DNA of 64,000 bases from Thermoanaerobaculia bacterium (GTDB lineage: Bacteria; Acidobacteriota; Thermoanaerobaculia; Gp7-AA8), in contig DASPHC010000055.1 in NCBI GenBank assembly GCA_035629865.1, forward strand, positions 134,940 to 198,939. The letters are read 5' to 3'. The notes under the pieces are model-generated. The model searched no databases and was not told the origin of the DNA. It saw nothing but the letters and a program-made list of their open reading frames with translations. Positions 28,842-38,388 of the stretch are shown piece after piece; the stretch's first letter is position 1; each line of letters starts with the position of its first letter. The position numbers were made by a program, and so were the translations under genes.

Positions 28842-29597
28842 CTATACACGGGACAGAAGCTCCTCGGACAGACTGTAGTACTCCATCGCCCCGCTCGATT
28901 TCGGGGCGAACGTGAAGATCGATTCTTTGTAGGCCGGGCTTTCCTCGAGGCGGATCGACTTGGTGATCACGGTATTGAAGACCCGGTCGCCGAAGACGTT
29001 GCCGATGGCCTCGTGGATGTCCTTCGACAGCGTGGTCCGCTTGTCGTGCATGGTGATGACGACGCCGAGGAGCTGCAGATTCGGGTTCGGGCGAGCCTTG
29101 ATCTTCTCGATCGTCTCGAGGAGGTCGTCCGTCCCTTCCAGCGCAAAGTACGACGACTGGATCGGCACCAGGACGTGCGTCGAGGCCACCAGCGCGTTCA
29201 CCGTGATCATGCCGAGGGTCGGCGGCGTGTCGATGAAGACGTAGTCGTACTCGTTGGCGGTCTCTTTCATCCGGTCCTTGAGGCGGAACGGACCGTCCAT
29301 GTCTCCGATGAGCTTCGACTCGAGCTTGGCCAGGGCGATCTTGGATGGCGCGACGAAGAGGTTCGGCACCGGCGTCGGCACGATGACCTCGGCCAGCTCC
29401 ATCTCCTCGCTCACCATGACGTCGTACATCGACCGCGTGATGGCGCGTGCGTCGACGTAGCTCATCGTCGAGTTTGCCTGCGGATCGAGGTCGATCAGCA
29501 GCGTTTTGAGGCCCTTGTTTGCGACCGCGGCGGAGAGGTTGATGGCGGTGGTGGTCTTTCCGACACCGCCTTTCTGGTTGGCGACAGTGATGATCAT
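28842..29597 (-). CDS. parA: Chromosome partitioning ATPase ParA/Soj
   Basis: Deviant Walker A KGGVGKTT and full ParA layout. Confidence 0.95.
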   Translation of the reverse strand: MIITVANQKGGVGKTTTAINLSAAVANKGLKTLLIDLDPQANSTMSYVDARAITRSMYDVMVSEEMELAEVIVPTPVPNLFVAPSKIALAKLESKLIGDMDGPFRLKDRMKETANEYDYVFIDTPPTLGMITVNALVASTHVLVPIQSSYFALEGTDDLLETIEKIKARPNPNLQLLGVVITMHDKRTTLSKDIHEAIGNVFGDRVFNTVITKSIRLEESPAYKESIFTFAPKSSGAMEYYSLSEELLSRV

Positions 29598-29638
29598 GAA
29601 CCGGAAATGATTCTACCGGATCGCACGACCGCGCCGCC

Positions 29639-30145
29639 TCACATCTTGTACTTGCCGAGGTCCTCGGGGGAGAGATTCTCAAACCACTTCTTCGATCTCT
29701 CGTCCGGATCCTCGCCGTCTTCCGGCGTGATGGTCTGGGCCTGTTCGAGCACGGACTGGGCGACGAAGATCGGCGCCTCGGCGCGCAGCGCCAGGGCGAT
29801 GGCGTCGCTGGGACGCGCGTCGATCTCCAGCATCCGGTCATTGCCGCCGCGGGTGATCAGCAGGCGGATCTGGGCGAAGAACGTCGAGTCGCGAAGATCG
29901 TTGATGACGATGCGCGAGACCCGCGCGTCGAGCTCCGCGATCATCGTCCGCAGCAGGTCGTGGGTCATCGGCCGCGGCGTGCTGATGTTTTCCAGCTGCA
30001 GCGCGATGGCGTTGGCCTCGAAGATCCCGACCCAGATCGGCAGGAAGAACTTCTCCTCGTCATCCTTGAGGACGACGATCGGCGAGTTCGACACCGGGTC
30101 GAGCATCAGCCCTTTGATCGACATCGGTACGAGCTCACTGGTCAT
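29639..30145 (-). CDS. Bifunctional nuclease family protein (DUF151/BFN domain)
   Basis: IWVGIFEANAIA and ARPSDAIALALR motifs of the BFN family. Confidence 0.7.
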   Translation of the reverse strand: MTSELVPMSIKGLMLDPVSNSPIVVLKDDEEKFFLPIWVGIFEANAIALQLENISTPRPMTHDLLRTMIAELDARVSRIVINDLRDSTFFAQIRLLITRGGNDRMLEIDARPSDAIALALRAEAPIFVAQSVLEQAQTITPEDGEDPDERSKKWFENLSPEDLGKYKM

Positions 30146-31440
30146 GCGACAGCCTCCCCGCGCAACGTATGGTGCTGCGCCGATTCGATGCGCACCGCCA
30201 GAATACTCCCGAGCGGCGTGGAAGGGTCGGCATGAAAATTCACTACCCAGAAATCGTCGGTTCTTCCGGAGAGCATGGCCGGGTCATGGCGGCTCGGTCC
30301 TTCGACCAATACCGGCAGCACACGGCCGCGATACGACTCCAGCCGCTCGCGTTTGTGCCGCTCGTGGAGATCGAATAATCGCTGCAGACGCTCCGACGCG
30401 ACGGCGTCGTCGACCGGCGGACCGATCCGCAGCGACGGCGTCCCCGGCCGCGGCGAATACTTGAACGCGAACAGCGAGCCGTAGCGGACTTCCTCCAGGA
30501 GGCTCAGCGTCTCCTGGAAGTCTTCCTCGGTCTCGCCCGGGAAACCGACGATGAAGTCGGTCGAGAACAGCATTTCCGGGACCGCCGCACGGATCCGGCC
30601 GATCGTTTCGAGGTACTTCTCGCGCGTGTACAACCGCTTCATCCGTCGCAGCACGCGCGACGAGCCCGACTGCACCGGCAGATGGAGGTAGCGGGAGATG
30701 TTCTCGTGGTCGCGCATGGCGGCGATCATCGAATCGCTCACTTCCGCCGGGTGCGAGGTCATGAAACGGAGGCGGGCGACGCCGGGGATCTCCGCGACGG
30801 CGCGCAGCAGGCCGCCGAAATCGCGTCCGCTTTTCGGGCAGCGGTAGGCATTGACGGTCTGGCCGAGGAGCTCGATCTCCACTCGCCCGCTTCCGACGGC
30901 CGTGCTGACCTCGGCCAGTACATCTTCGAAGACCCGCGACTGCTCGCGGCCGCGCGTGGTCGGGACGATGCAGAACGTGCAGTTCTTGTTGCAGCCTTCG
31001 ATGATCGTCACCCACGCCCGGGTCGCGGAGGTGCGGTCGATGTTCGTGTAGTCGTAGTTGCGGTCTTCGTGAAACTCGAGCGCGATGCGCTTCCCGTTCT
31101 CCAGCACGTCGTCGAGGTGTCCGACGTTGCCCGGACCCATGACAAAGTCGACCCAGGGGGCGCGCTCGAGGATCTGCTCCCCTTCCTGCTGTGCCACGCA
31201 GCCGCAGACGCCGATCTTGAGCTCGCGCTCGTTCTTCAGCTCGCGGAGCCGTCCGAGATGGGAGTAGACCTTCTGCTCCGACTTGTCGCGGATCGAGCAG
31301 GTGTTGAGGAGGATCAGGTCCGCCTCGCTCTCCGCCTCGACGCGCTTGTACCCGCGCAGCTTCAGATGACCCGACAGCCGCTGCGTGTCGAGCTCGTTCA
31401 TCTGGCAGCCCCAGGTTTCGATGTAATAGGACTTGGTCAT
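30142..31440 (-). CDS. miaB: tRNA-2-methylthio-N6-dimethylallyladenosine synthase
   Basis: UPF0004 cysteines, radical-SAM CNKNCTFC and TRAM domain. Confidence 0.95.
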   Translation of the reverse strand: MTKSYYIETWGCQMNELDTQRLSGHLKLRGYKRVEAESEADLILLNTCSIRDKSEQKVYSHLGRLRELKNERELKIGVCGCVAQQEGEQILERAPWVDFVMGPGNVGHLDDVLENGKRIALEFHEDRNYDYTNIDRTSATRAWVTIIEGCNKNCTFCIVPTTRGREQSRVFEDVLAEVSTAVGSGRVEIELLGQTVNAYRCPKSGRDFGGLLRAVAEIPGVARLRFMTSHPAEVSDSMIAAMRDHENISRYLHLPVQSGSSRVLRRMKRLYTREKYLETIGRIRAAVPEMLFSTDFIVGFPGETEEDFQETLSLLEEVRYGSLFAFKYSPRPGTPSLRIGPPVDDAVASERLQRLFDLHERHKRERLESYRGRVLPVLVEGPSRHDPAMLSGRTDDFWVVNFHADPSTPLGSILAVRIESAQHHTLRGEAVA

Positions 31441-31503
31441 TGTTAAGCTCGCAGCTCTCAGCTCGCAGCTCTCAGGGGGTTTTTGCTGAGAGCTGAGAAC
31501 TGC
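31441..31503. repeat. AGCTCGCAGCTCT repeat with a hairpin
   Basis: agctcgcagctctcagctcgcagctctcag ... ctgagagctg. A related copy flanks the pckA terminator at 22303..22392. Confidence 0.5.
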
Positions 31504-31945
31504 CGCCCGCGAGCTGTTCGAGCTCTTTCCTCGCCGTATCCAGCCGCGTCTTCACGTCATTGAACTGCTTCACGAGCTCGCCATCGCGGCGGTCGAGGTC
31601 ATCCTCTTCGTAATACCTCTGTTCGAGCGCGGCCAGCTCTTTTTCGAGCGTGGCCACGTTCGCTTTGGCGGCCGCGAGCAGTTGATTGTGCTCGGCGCGT
31701 ATTTTCCTGTCGGCTGCGTGCTTCTCGGCGAGCGTCGGCTGCGGGGGCTCGTCCGGCAGCGGACGGAGCGGCGTCTCCAGGAGCTTTCCCTTCGACTTCT
31801 TCACGTCCTCGTTGGTGATGACCTTGGACGTACTCTTCTTGCGCTTCGCCTTTGCCGTGCGGGCGGTCTCGACGAGATCATCCGCGGCTGCGCCGAACGA
31901 CCAAGTCGTGGCCAGCAGCAACAGCGCGAGCGCGAGCGGTTTCAT
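31472..31945 (-). CDS. Secreted coiled-coil protein (hypothetical)
   Basis: Signal peptide MKPLALALLLLATTWSFGAAADD, Lys-rich segment and coiled-coil C-terminus. The longer upstream ORF is RG-rich shadow. Confidence 0.5.
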   Translation of the reverse strand: MKPLALALLLLATTWSFGAAADDLVETARTAKAKRKKSTSKVITNEDVKKSKGKLLETPLRPLPDEPPQPTLAEKHAADRKIRAEHNQLLAAAKANVATLEKELAALEQRYYEEDDLDRRDGELVKQFNDVKTRLDTARKELEQLAGGSSQLSAKTP

Positions 31946-32319
31946 GCGCGACCGTATCGATCCTCGAGGCGGACCACGTCCTGCAGCTCCGGCGTCGAGA
32001 CCTCCGCCACGTCGGTGTCGACAACCGCGTACATCCGATGAATCAAACGGGGCGGGATATGAAACGCCTCCCCTTTCCGCAGCGACAGCTCCCGGCGATC
32101 GCCGTCGTGCTCGATCGTCAGTTTCAGCTCGCCGTCGACAACGTACAGCGTCTCGTCTTTCATTTCGTGGTACTGGAGGCTCAGCGACTCCCCCTGGTTC
32201 ACATGCAGGATCTTCCCGACGTACCGCTCGGTGTGGGCGAAGATCAGCTCGTAGCCCCACGGCTTCGGGACGTGGGTGATCGGGCGGTGCTTGAAGAACA
32301 GCTCTCGTTCGTCGCTCAT
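31942..32319 (-). CDS. Cupin-domain protein
   Basis: Cupin motifs GESLSLQYHEMKDETLYVVDG and EAFHIPPRLIHR. ATGA-type overlaps with the ptsI stop and the downstream gene start. Confidence 0.7.
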   Translation of the reverse strand: MSDERELFFKHRPITHVPKPWGYELIFAHTERYVGKILHVNQGESLSLQYHEMKDETLYVVDGELKLTIEHDGDRRELSLRKGEAFHIPPRLIHRMYAVVDTDVAEVSTPELQDVVRLEDRYGRA

Positions 32320-34103
32320 AGGGGTTGATTGACCAGTCCTTCCGGGAAACGCATGGCCACGCTCTCGATCACGAACTCCTCGATCTCCTGCGCGGTCTTC
32401 TTCTGCAGTGCCATCTCGGCGATACGCCGGCAGTCTTTGTAACGCACCGAGCGCACCACATTCTTGATCACCGGGATCGACGACGGGTTCATCGAGAAAA
32501 TCTCCAGGCCGAGGCCGATGAGCACGATCGCGTAGATCGGGTCGGAAGCCATCTCGCCGCACATCTCCACCGGGATTCCGGCCCGCTTGCCGGCGTCGAT
32601 GACCATCTTCACCAGCCGGAGGATGGCCGGATGCAGCGGCTCGTACAGATAGCTGACGTTCTCGTTGCTCCGGTCGATGGCCAGCGAGTATTGAATGAGG
32701 TCGTTCGTCCCGATGGCGAAGAAATCCGCCTCGGTGGCCAGCAGGTCGGCGATCACCGCGGCCGACGGCACTTCGATCATGATCCCGATCTGCAGGTCTT
32801 TGTTGTGGGCGATCCCCTCGGCGTCGAGCTCCTGGCGGATCTCGCGGACGAGCGTCTTCACCTGCCGCAGCTCCTGCACGCCGGAGACGAGCGGGAACAT
32901 GATCTTGATCTTCCCGTGCGCCGAGGCGCGCAGCAGGGCCCGCAACTGGGTCTTGAACATGTCGCGGTGCTGCATGCAGAGCCGCAGCGCGCGGAGACCG
33001 AGGACCGGATTGTCTTCCTTCGAGCCCATCACCTCGCGGGCCAGCTTCTTCCCGCCGAGGTCGAACGTCCGGATGATGCACCAGTTCGGCGCCGTCGATT
33101 CCGCGATCTTCCTGTAGATGTTGAAGTGCTCTTCCTCGGTCGGCAGATCGGGGCTGGTGGAGATGTAGAGGAATTCGCTGCGATAGAGCCCGATCCCTTC
33201 TGCGCCGAACTTGTTCGCGTCGTCCAGCTCCTCGACCAGCTCGATGTTCGCCTGCAGCGAGATCTTCCGGTTGTCCTTCGTGATCGCCGGCAGGAGGCGG
33301 TTCTCGAGCAGCTTCTGCTCCGCTTCCTCGTGCCGGGAGACGCGGCTGATGTACTCCGAGACCATCGCCGGGGTCGGGTTGACGACGAGGGTCCCCTCGT
33401 AGCCGTCGACGATCACCAGCTCGTCGTTGTCGACGATCTTGGTGAGGCGCGGCACGCCGATGACGGCGGGCATGAAAAGCGACTTGGCGATGATCGAGGT
33501 GTGCGACGTCCTGCCGCCGACCTCGGTCGCGAAGCCGACGATCGGACGGCGGTTGAAATGGATCGTGTCCGACGGCGTCAGATCGTCGGCGATGATGATG
33601 ACGTCGTGCTTGATCTCGGAGAGGTCGTGATGCGCGACTCCCATCAGGTTCACCAGCACGCGCTCGGCGACGTCCTTGACGTCGGCCACGCGCTCGCGGA
33701 GGTACTCGTCGTCGAAGGACGCGAAGCGGGCCTGTAGCTCTTCCTGCACCTCGGCGAGTGCCCACTCGGCGTTCACCTGCTCGTTCTCGATCTTCTGGAC
33801 GACTTTGTCGGCGAACGAGGCATCGCCGACGATCATGGCGTGGGCCTCGAAGATCTGGGCGTACTCATCACCCATCGAGCGGCTGACTTTGAGCTTCAGC
33901 TCGAGCAGCTCGTCGCGGGTCTTCTCCAGCGACTCCAGGAACCGTGTGACCTCGGAGTCGACTTCCTCCTCGCGAATCGGGACCCGGTAGACCGAAGCCA
34001 CGCGCTTCTCGACGATCACCGCCCTGCCGATGGCGATGCCGGGAGAGACCCCGACGCCTTTGTAGGTGCGAATGTCGCTACGCGTTTGAGCTGAGGACGG
34101 CAT
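32316..34103 (-). CDS. ptsI: Phosphoenolpyruvate-protein phosphotransferase (PTS Enzyme I)
   Basis: Active-site region GGRTSHTSIIAKSL and PEP-utilizing C-terminal domain. Confidence 0.9.
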   Translation of the reverse strand: MPSSAQTRSDIRTYKGVGVSPGIAIGRAVIVEKRVASVYRVPIREEEVDSEVTRFLESLEKTRDELLELKLKVSRSMGDEYAQIFEAHAMIVGDASFADKVVQKIENEQVNAEWALAEVQEELQARFASFDDEYLRERVADVKDVAERVLVNLMGVAHHDLSEIKHDVIIIADDLTPSDTIHFNRRPIVGFATEVGGRTSHTSIIAKSLFMPAVIGVPRLTKIVDNDELVIVDGYEGTLVVNPTPAMVSEYISRVSRHEEAEQKLLENRLLPAITKDNRKISLQANIELVEELDDANKFGAEGIGLYRSEFLYISTSPDLPTEEEHFNIYRKIAESTAPNWCIIRTFDLGGKKLAREVMGSKEDNPVLGLRALRLCMQHRDMFKTQLRALLRASAHGKIKIMFPLVSGVQELRQVKTLVREIRQELDAEGIAHNKDLQIGIMIEVPSAAVIADLLATEADFFAIGTNDLIQYSLAIDRSNENVSYLYEPLHPAILRLVKMVIDAGKRAGIPVEMCGEMASDPIYAIVLIGLGLEIFSMNPSSIPVIKNVVRSVRYKDCRRIAEMALQKKTAQEIEEFVIESVAMRFPEGLVNQPL

Positions 34104-34107
34104 CAGC

Positions 34108-34377
34108 TCATTCTACTTCGTCGAATTTGGCGTCGATCAGCTTCTCGATCGCATCGAGGGCGTCGCGCTCGTCCTGGCCGTCCGCCCGGACGAGAATCGA
34201 CGACCCGCGACCGGCGGCGAGCAGCAGGATTCCGAGAATCGACTTGCCGTCGACCTCTTCCTCCCCTTTCCGGATCTTGATGTCAGCTTTGAAGCGCGCC
34301 GCGGTGTGCACCAGCTTCGCCGCGGCGCGTGCATGAAGTCCGAGCTTGTTCTTGATCTCGATCGACCGCTCGGTCAC
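34108..34377 (-). CDS. ptsH: Phosphocarrier protein HPr
   Basis: GLHARAAAKLV around His15 and GKSILGIL around the Ser46 region. Inferred GTG start overlaps the EIIA stop (GTGA). Confidence 0.8.
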   Translation of the reverse strand: MTERSIEIKNKLGLHARAAAKLVHTAARFKADIKIRKGEEEVDGKSILGILLLAAGRGSSILVRADGQDERDALDAIEKLIDAKFDEVE

Positions 34378-34799
34378 GCCGTGGCTCCGGCGCGTTTCTC
34401 CGCCGTCAGCAGGTCGGACGCCACGCGGATGGCTTTCGAGCCCTTCTCGCTGATCACGTGGGCCAGCGTGGAGACGTCCTTCGACTCCTGCTTGACCATG
34501 GCGAACTTCACCACCATCGGCAGGTTCACGCCGGTGACGATCTCGATCCTCCCCTGCTCCAGAAACGAGAGGCTGATGTTGCTCGGCGTCCCGCCGAACA
34601 TGTCGGTAAAGATGATGACGTCGCGGTCGTGCCCGATCCGCTCGAGGGCGCCGGCGATCTTCTCGCGCGCCTCGTCGACGGTGTCGCTCCATTCGAGCGG
34701 TACGGCTTCGATGCCGGAAACGTCTGCTTCGATCTGGCGGGCCGCGTTCAACAGCTCGTACGCCAGATTTCCATGGGTAACAATCAATGCCCCGATCAA
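34374..34799 (-). CDS. PTS EIIA component, mannose/fructose/sorbose family
   Basis: N-terminal MIGALIVTHGNLA is the EIIA-Man signature. Confidence 0.8.
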   Translation of the reverse strand: MIGALIVTHGNLAYELLNAARQIEADVSGIEAVPLEWSDTVDEAREKIAGALERIGHDRDVIIFTDMFGGTPSNISLSFLEQGRIEIVTGVNLPMVVKFAMVKQESKDVSTLAHVISEKGSKAIRVASDLLTAEKRAGATA

Positions 34800-34869
34800 G
34801 AACTACCTCCGCGGGTGCGCATAATAAGACAAATCGGCCGGCACCCCGCCGGATGGCGAACGCGGCCGC

Positions 34870-35742
34870 TCACCTCTTATAGTCCCGGTGCACCGTCTCC
34901 ACGGCGTACCCGGCCTCTTCGAGGTCGTCGCTGAGGCGCTGGCCGATGGCGACGGAGCGGTGCTTGCCGCCGGTGCAGCCGATGCCGATGGTCAGGTAGC
35001 TCTTCATCTCCTTCCGGTAGCCCGGGAGGACGTACGTTACGAAGTCGAGCAGGCGGGCGTAGAACTCTTCGTACCCTTCCTGCTCGCGCAGATATTCGAT
35101 GACCTCGGGGTCGAGCCCGGTCTTCGGCCGCAGCGATTCGACGAAGTGCGGGTTCGGCAGGAAGCGGACGTCGAAGAGGAGGTCGAGATTGTACGGAAGG
35201 CTGTATTTGAAGCCGAAGGTGATCAGGGTGACGAGCATGGTCGGCTCGTGGCCCGGGATCTGGAACCGGCGCAGGACCTCGGCTTTCAGCTCGTGCACGG
35301 AGAACTGGGAGGTGTCGAGGGACATGTTCGCCAGCGACTTGACCTCGGTCAGGGCATCACGCTCGGCTTTGATGGCCTCCAGCAGCGGCCGATCTTTCGC
35401 CAGCGGGTGCGGGCGCCTCGTCTCCGAGTAGCGCCGGGCCAGCGCCTCGTCGCTCGCCTCGAGGAAGATCAACACCGTGTTCGGGACGAGCTTCTGCAGC
35501 CGCTCGCGATAGAAGTTCGGGAAGATGGTGGCGAAGTCGCGGGTCCGGACGTCGACGACGATGCCGACCCGGTTCGCTTTCTCGTGCGTCGTGACCTCGG
35601 CGAGATACGGCTCGATCAACTGGATCGGCAGGTTGTCCGTGCAATAGAAGCCAAGATCCTCCAGCGTCGACTGTACGTAGCTCTTGCCGGAGCCGGAAAG
35701 GCCGGTGATGACGACGAGATATTCAGGAGGTTGAATACTCAA
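34870..35742 (-). CDS. rapZ: RNase adapter protein RapZ (YhbJ)
   Basis: Walker A GLSGSGKS and C-terminal GCTGGKHRSV motif. Confidence 0.9.
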   Translation of the reverse strand: MSIQPPEYLVVITGLSGSGKSYVQSTLEDLGFYCTDNLPIQLIEPYLAEVTTHEKANRVGIVVDVRTRDFATIFPNFYRERLQKLVPNTVLIFLEASDEALARRYSETRRPHPLAKDRPLLEAIKAERDALTEVKSLANMSLDTSQFSVHELKAEVLRRFQIPGHEPTMLVTLITFGFKYSLPYNLDLLFDVRFLPNPHFVESLRPKTGLDPEVIEYLREQEGYEEFYARLLDFVTYVLPGYRKEMKSYLTIGIGCTGGKHRSVAIGQRLSDDLEEAGYAVETVHRDYKR

Positions 35743-35779
35743 ACGAGACAGTTCCTCCGCGAGAGGTGAAGTTTAACGA

Positions 35780-35895
35780 GGTTATCGGTTGTCAGTTGTC
35801 GGTTATCTGTCAGTCCTCGGCTTCGGTTGCCGTACCGCGAGTGCCGTCCAGGCGATCAATGGCAGACAACTGACAACCGACAACTGCTTCACCGT
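35780..35895. repeat. Inverted-repeat element (GTTATCGGTTGTCAGTTGTCGG ... CCGACAACTGACAACCG)
   Basis: Same family as 14590 and 54360. Lies between hprK and rapZ. Confidence 0.7.
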
Positions 35896-36965
35896 TGCCT
35901 CCGCGTGCGGTCGATCACGTCCGGTGCGAATCGCGTGCGCGAATGCACGCTCCGGAGCTCCGAGCTGGCCTTCTCTTCGTTGTTGCTGGGCGGCAGGTGG
36001 TCGCTCATCGCCGCCGATCCCTGCCGGGCGATCTTCTCGTCGATGCGCCGGGTGAACTCGCGCGCGGAGTCGTAGCCCTGCAGCTTCATCAGGTGATTGC
36101 GGGCCGCGACCTCCACGAGCAGCGCCAGGTTGCGCCCCGAGGCAACCGGCAGCCGGACGTACGGTTTTTTCACCCCGAGCAGCTCGTAGGTCTCGCCGCT
36201 GATGCCGAGGCGGTCGTACTCCGCCCCTTCCACCCACTTCTCCAGCTTCACCACCATGTCGATCGGCTTCACGTCGCGGGTCGAGGCGACGCCGAAGAGG
36301 TCCTTGATGTCGATGATGCCGATGCCGCGCAATTCCATGTGATGGCGCAACAGGTCGTTCGAGTAGCCGAGCAGCACGTCGTTTGGATGGCGCTTGATGA
36401 CCACCAGGTCGTCGGCGATGAGCCGATGGCCGTTCGAGACGAGGTCGAGCGCGCATTCGCTCTTGCCGATGCCGCTGTCGCCGAGGAGCAGCACGCCGAT
36501 GCCGTAGACGTCGAGAAGGCCCGAGTGCATGGTCAGCCGGGGGGCCATGTTCTCTTCGAGGAAGTAAGTCGTCCGGGTGATGGTCGTCGACGACATGGCC
36601 GGCGTGGAGAAGAGCGGCACGGAGCGCTTCTCGCACTCGACCCGCAGCTCGTCCAGAGGCGTGATCCCTTTGGTGACGATGAAGCAGGAGATATCGAGCC
36701 CGCTGACGTCGCGGATCCGCTTCTCCCGCAGGCGCGGCGGAAGACTCTGCAGATACTTCGTCTCCGAGGCCCCGATGATCTGCACCCGCCACGGCTTGAT
36801 GTACTCGTAGTAGCCGGCAAAGGCGAGCCCCGGCTTCTGCACGCGCGGACGCTGGATGACGTTGTGAAGTCCGTCGTCGCCGGTGACGAGCTTGAGCTGG
36901 AGGTCCTCCATCTCGCCCACCATCAGCGACTGCACCGTGGTCTCTATGTAGTCTTCATCGGTCAC
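35889..36965 (-). CDS. hprK: HPr kinase/phosphorylase, with a C-terminal extension of about 45 aa
   Basis: Walker A GDSGIGKSE and HprK signature LRGIGIIDI. Confidence 0.9.
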   Translation of the reverse strand: MTDEDYIETTVQSLMVGEMEDLQLKLVTGDDGLHNVIQRPRVQKPGLAFAGYYEYIKPWRVQIIGASETKYLQSLPPRLREKRIRDVSGLDISCFIVTKGITPLDELRVECEKRSVPLFSTPAMSSTTITRTTYFLEENMAPRLTMHSGLLDVYGIGVLLLGDSGIGKSECALDLVSNGHRLIADDLVVIKRHPNDVLLGYSNDLLRHHMELRGIGIIDIKDLFGVASTRDVKPIDMVVKLEKWVEGAEYDRLGISGETYELLGVKKPYVRLPVASGRNLALLVEVAARNHLMKLQGYDSAREFTRRIDEKIARQGSAAMSDHLPPSNNEEKASSELRSVHSRTRFAPDVIDRTRRQR

Positions 36966-36999
36966 ACGTGCAGTTTATCGTCCCTGTGTGGGAGCGCGG

Positions 37000-37656
37000 C
37001 TACTTCTTGAGCGACGTCCTGGCCTGCTTCTCCATCAGCTCCTGCCCTTCCTTCTCCTTGGTGCGGCCGGCGAAGCGGTCTTTGCCGGTGGCGCCGTCGG
37101 CTTCGACGACGAAGGTCAGGTCTTTGACGTCGAACGTCTTGGCGATCTCGGGGCCGCTGAAGGTGATCGAATAGGTGCGGATCATGTTGGACGTGCTCAT
37201 GCTGCCGCCGAGGTTCGTCCCGCCGTCATCCGACTTGCCGCCGCCGCTGGAGCCGATGTTCGAGAGCGCCCCTGCCACGGCCGGATTGTCGCGCTTGGTC
37301 GTGGTGTCGGTGCGGTCGGAGACGTTGATGCCGGACGGCGGCCCGAACAGGACGATCAGCTTGCCGCGAAGGGTCTTCGAGGCGGGGATCTTGCCGATGG
37401 TGAGGTACTTGTCGGCCTGTTCGGCGCGCTTCTTCACCTCGGCCTCGAACTCGGGACCGCGGCCGGCCAGAAAGTCCGAGACGAACTTCGCCGCGGCGGC
37501 TTCACTGGTCAGAGCGCCCCACTGGTCGCGCTCCGCCTTGGTCATGAAATAGCCGGCCGGCGTCTCGTTCCAGCCGTCGTACTTGCCAAGGTTCGCAGCG
37601 AAAAGGGGAACGGCGAGAAACGCGACTGCCACGGCGAGAATGCTGATCCGACGCAT
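37000..37656 (-). CDS. Secreted hypothetical protein
   Basis: Signal peptide MRRISILAVAVAFLAVPLFAA and a Gly/Ser-rich low-complexity middle region. Confidence 0.5.
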   Translation of the reverse strand: MRRISILAVAVAFLAVPLFAANLGKYDGWNETPAGYFMTKAERDQWGALTSEAAAAKFVSDFLAGRGPEFEAEVKKRAEQADKYLTIGKIPASKTLRGKLIVLFGPPSGINVSDRTDTTTKRDNPAVAGALSNIGSSGGGKSDDGGTNLGGSMSTSNMIRTYSITFSGPEIAKTFDVKDLTFVVEADGATGKDRFAGRTKEKEGQELMEKQARTSLKK

Positions 37657-37720
37657 GAGGCCTCCAGGGTTTGTGTTTGGCCCCGATGGTACACCGCGCC
37701 GCGGTAACGATGCTGTTACT

Positions 37721-37800
37721 ACAAAGGCAGAAGGCAGAAAGCAAAAGGCAGAAGGTTCACATCCTTCTGCCCTCTGCCTTCTGACTTCTGCCTTTGACTT
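37721..37800. terminator. Long perfect hairpin (GGCAGAAGG repeats) downstream of hpf; putative terminator
   Basis: aaaggcagaaggcagaaagcaaaaggcagaagg-ttcacat-ccttctgccctctgccttctgacttctgcctttg. A related motif is at 40637..40668. Confidence 0.5.
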
Positions 37801-37809
37801 TTGTGCGGC

Positions 37810-38373
37810 TCAGAATTCGGGCGAGATCAGGCCGAGATTGTTGTCGCGGCGCTTGTAGATCACCGAGACCCGGTCCGTGTCGATGTCGCGGAAGACGATG
37901 AACTCGTTCTTCGAGTCGTCGAGCCGGAGGGCGGCCTCTTCGATCGACATCGGCCGGATGGCGATGCTGTTGGTCTTGACGATGCGCGGCGCGCGCTCCT
38001 CGGTCTCCTCGCGGAGCTGTCCGGGCTCAAGCACCTGCACGTTCCATTCGCTGATGCCCGGCTTCGAGCCGTCGTTGCGATGGTGGTCGCGGAGCTTGCT
38101 GCGGTTCTTCTGGGCCTGGCGCTTGATGTGGTCGAGGGCGGAGTTGACGGCGTCCTGCATCGACTCGTCGGACTCCTGCACGCTCTTGACGTCGTGCTCC
38201 TTCCCCTTGATCAGGATCTCGCAGATGTTGCGGTACTTCTCGACCTGCAGGACCACCCGCACGTCGATCACGTCGTCGAACAGTTTCTCCTGGATCTTGG
38301 CCAGCTTCTTCTCGACCAGGTCCCGGACGTCGGGAGGAATCTCGTAATTACGGCCGGAAATCTCGGTTGCCAT
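37810..38373 (-). CDS. hpf: Ribosome hibernation promoting factor (long form)
   Basis: N-terminal ISGRNYEIPPDVRDLVEKKLAKI and C-terminal dimerisation extension. Confidence 0.85.
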   Translation of the reverse strand: MATEISGRNYEIPPDVRDLVEKKLAKIQEKLFDDVIDVRVVLQVEKYRNICEILIKGKEHDVKSVQESDESMQDAVNSALDHIKRQAQKNRSKLRDHHRNDGSKPGISEWNVQVLEPGQLREETEERAPRIVKTNSIAIRPMSIEEAALRLDDSKNEFIVFRDIDTDRVSVIYKRRDNNLGLISPEF

Positions 38374-38388
38374 ACACCACACCTCGAA

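Noticed and set aside
31942-33765. 607-aa minus-strand ORF listed in the track
   Set aside because: Only the last 125 aa (the cupin, 31942..32319) are real. The upstream part is RG-rich out-of-frame overlap with ptsI.
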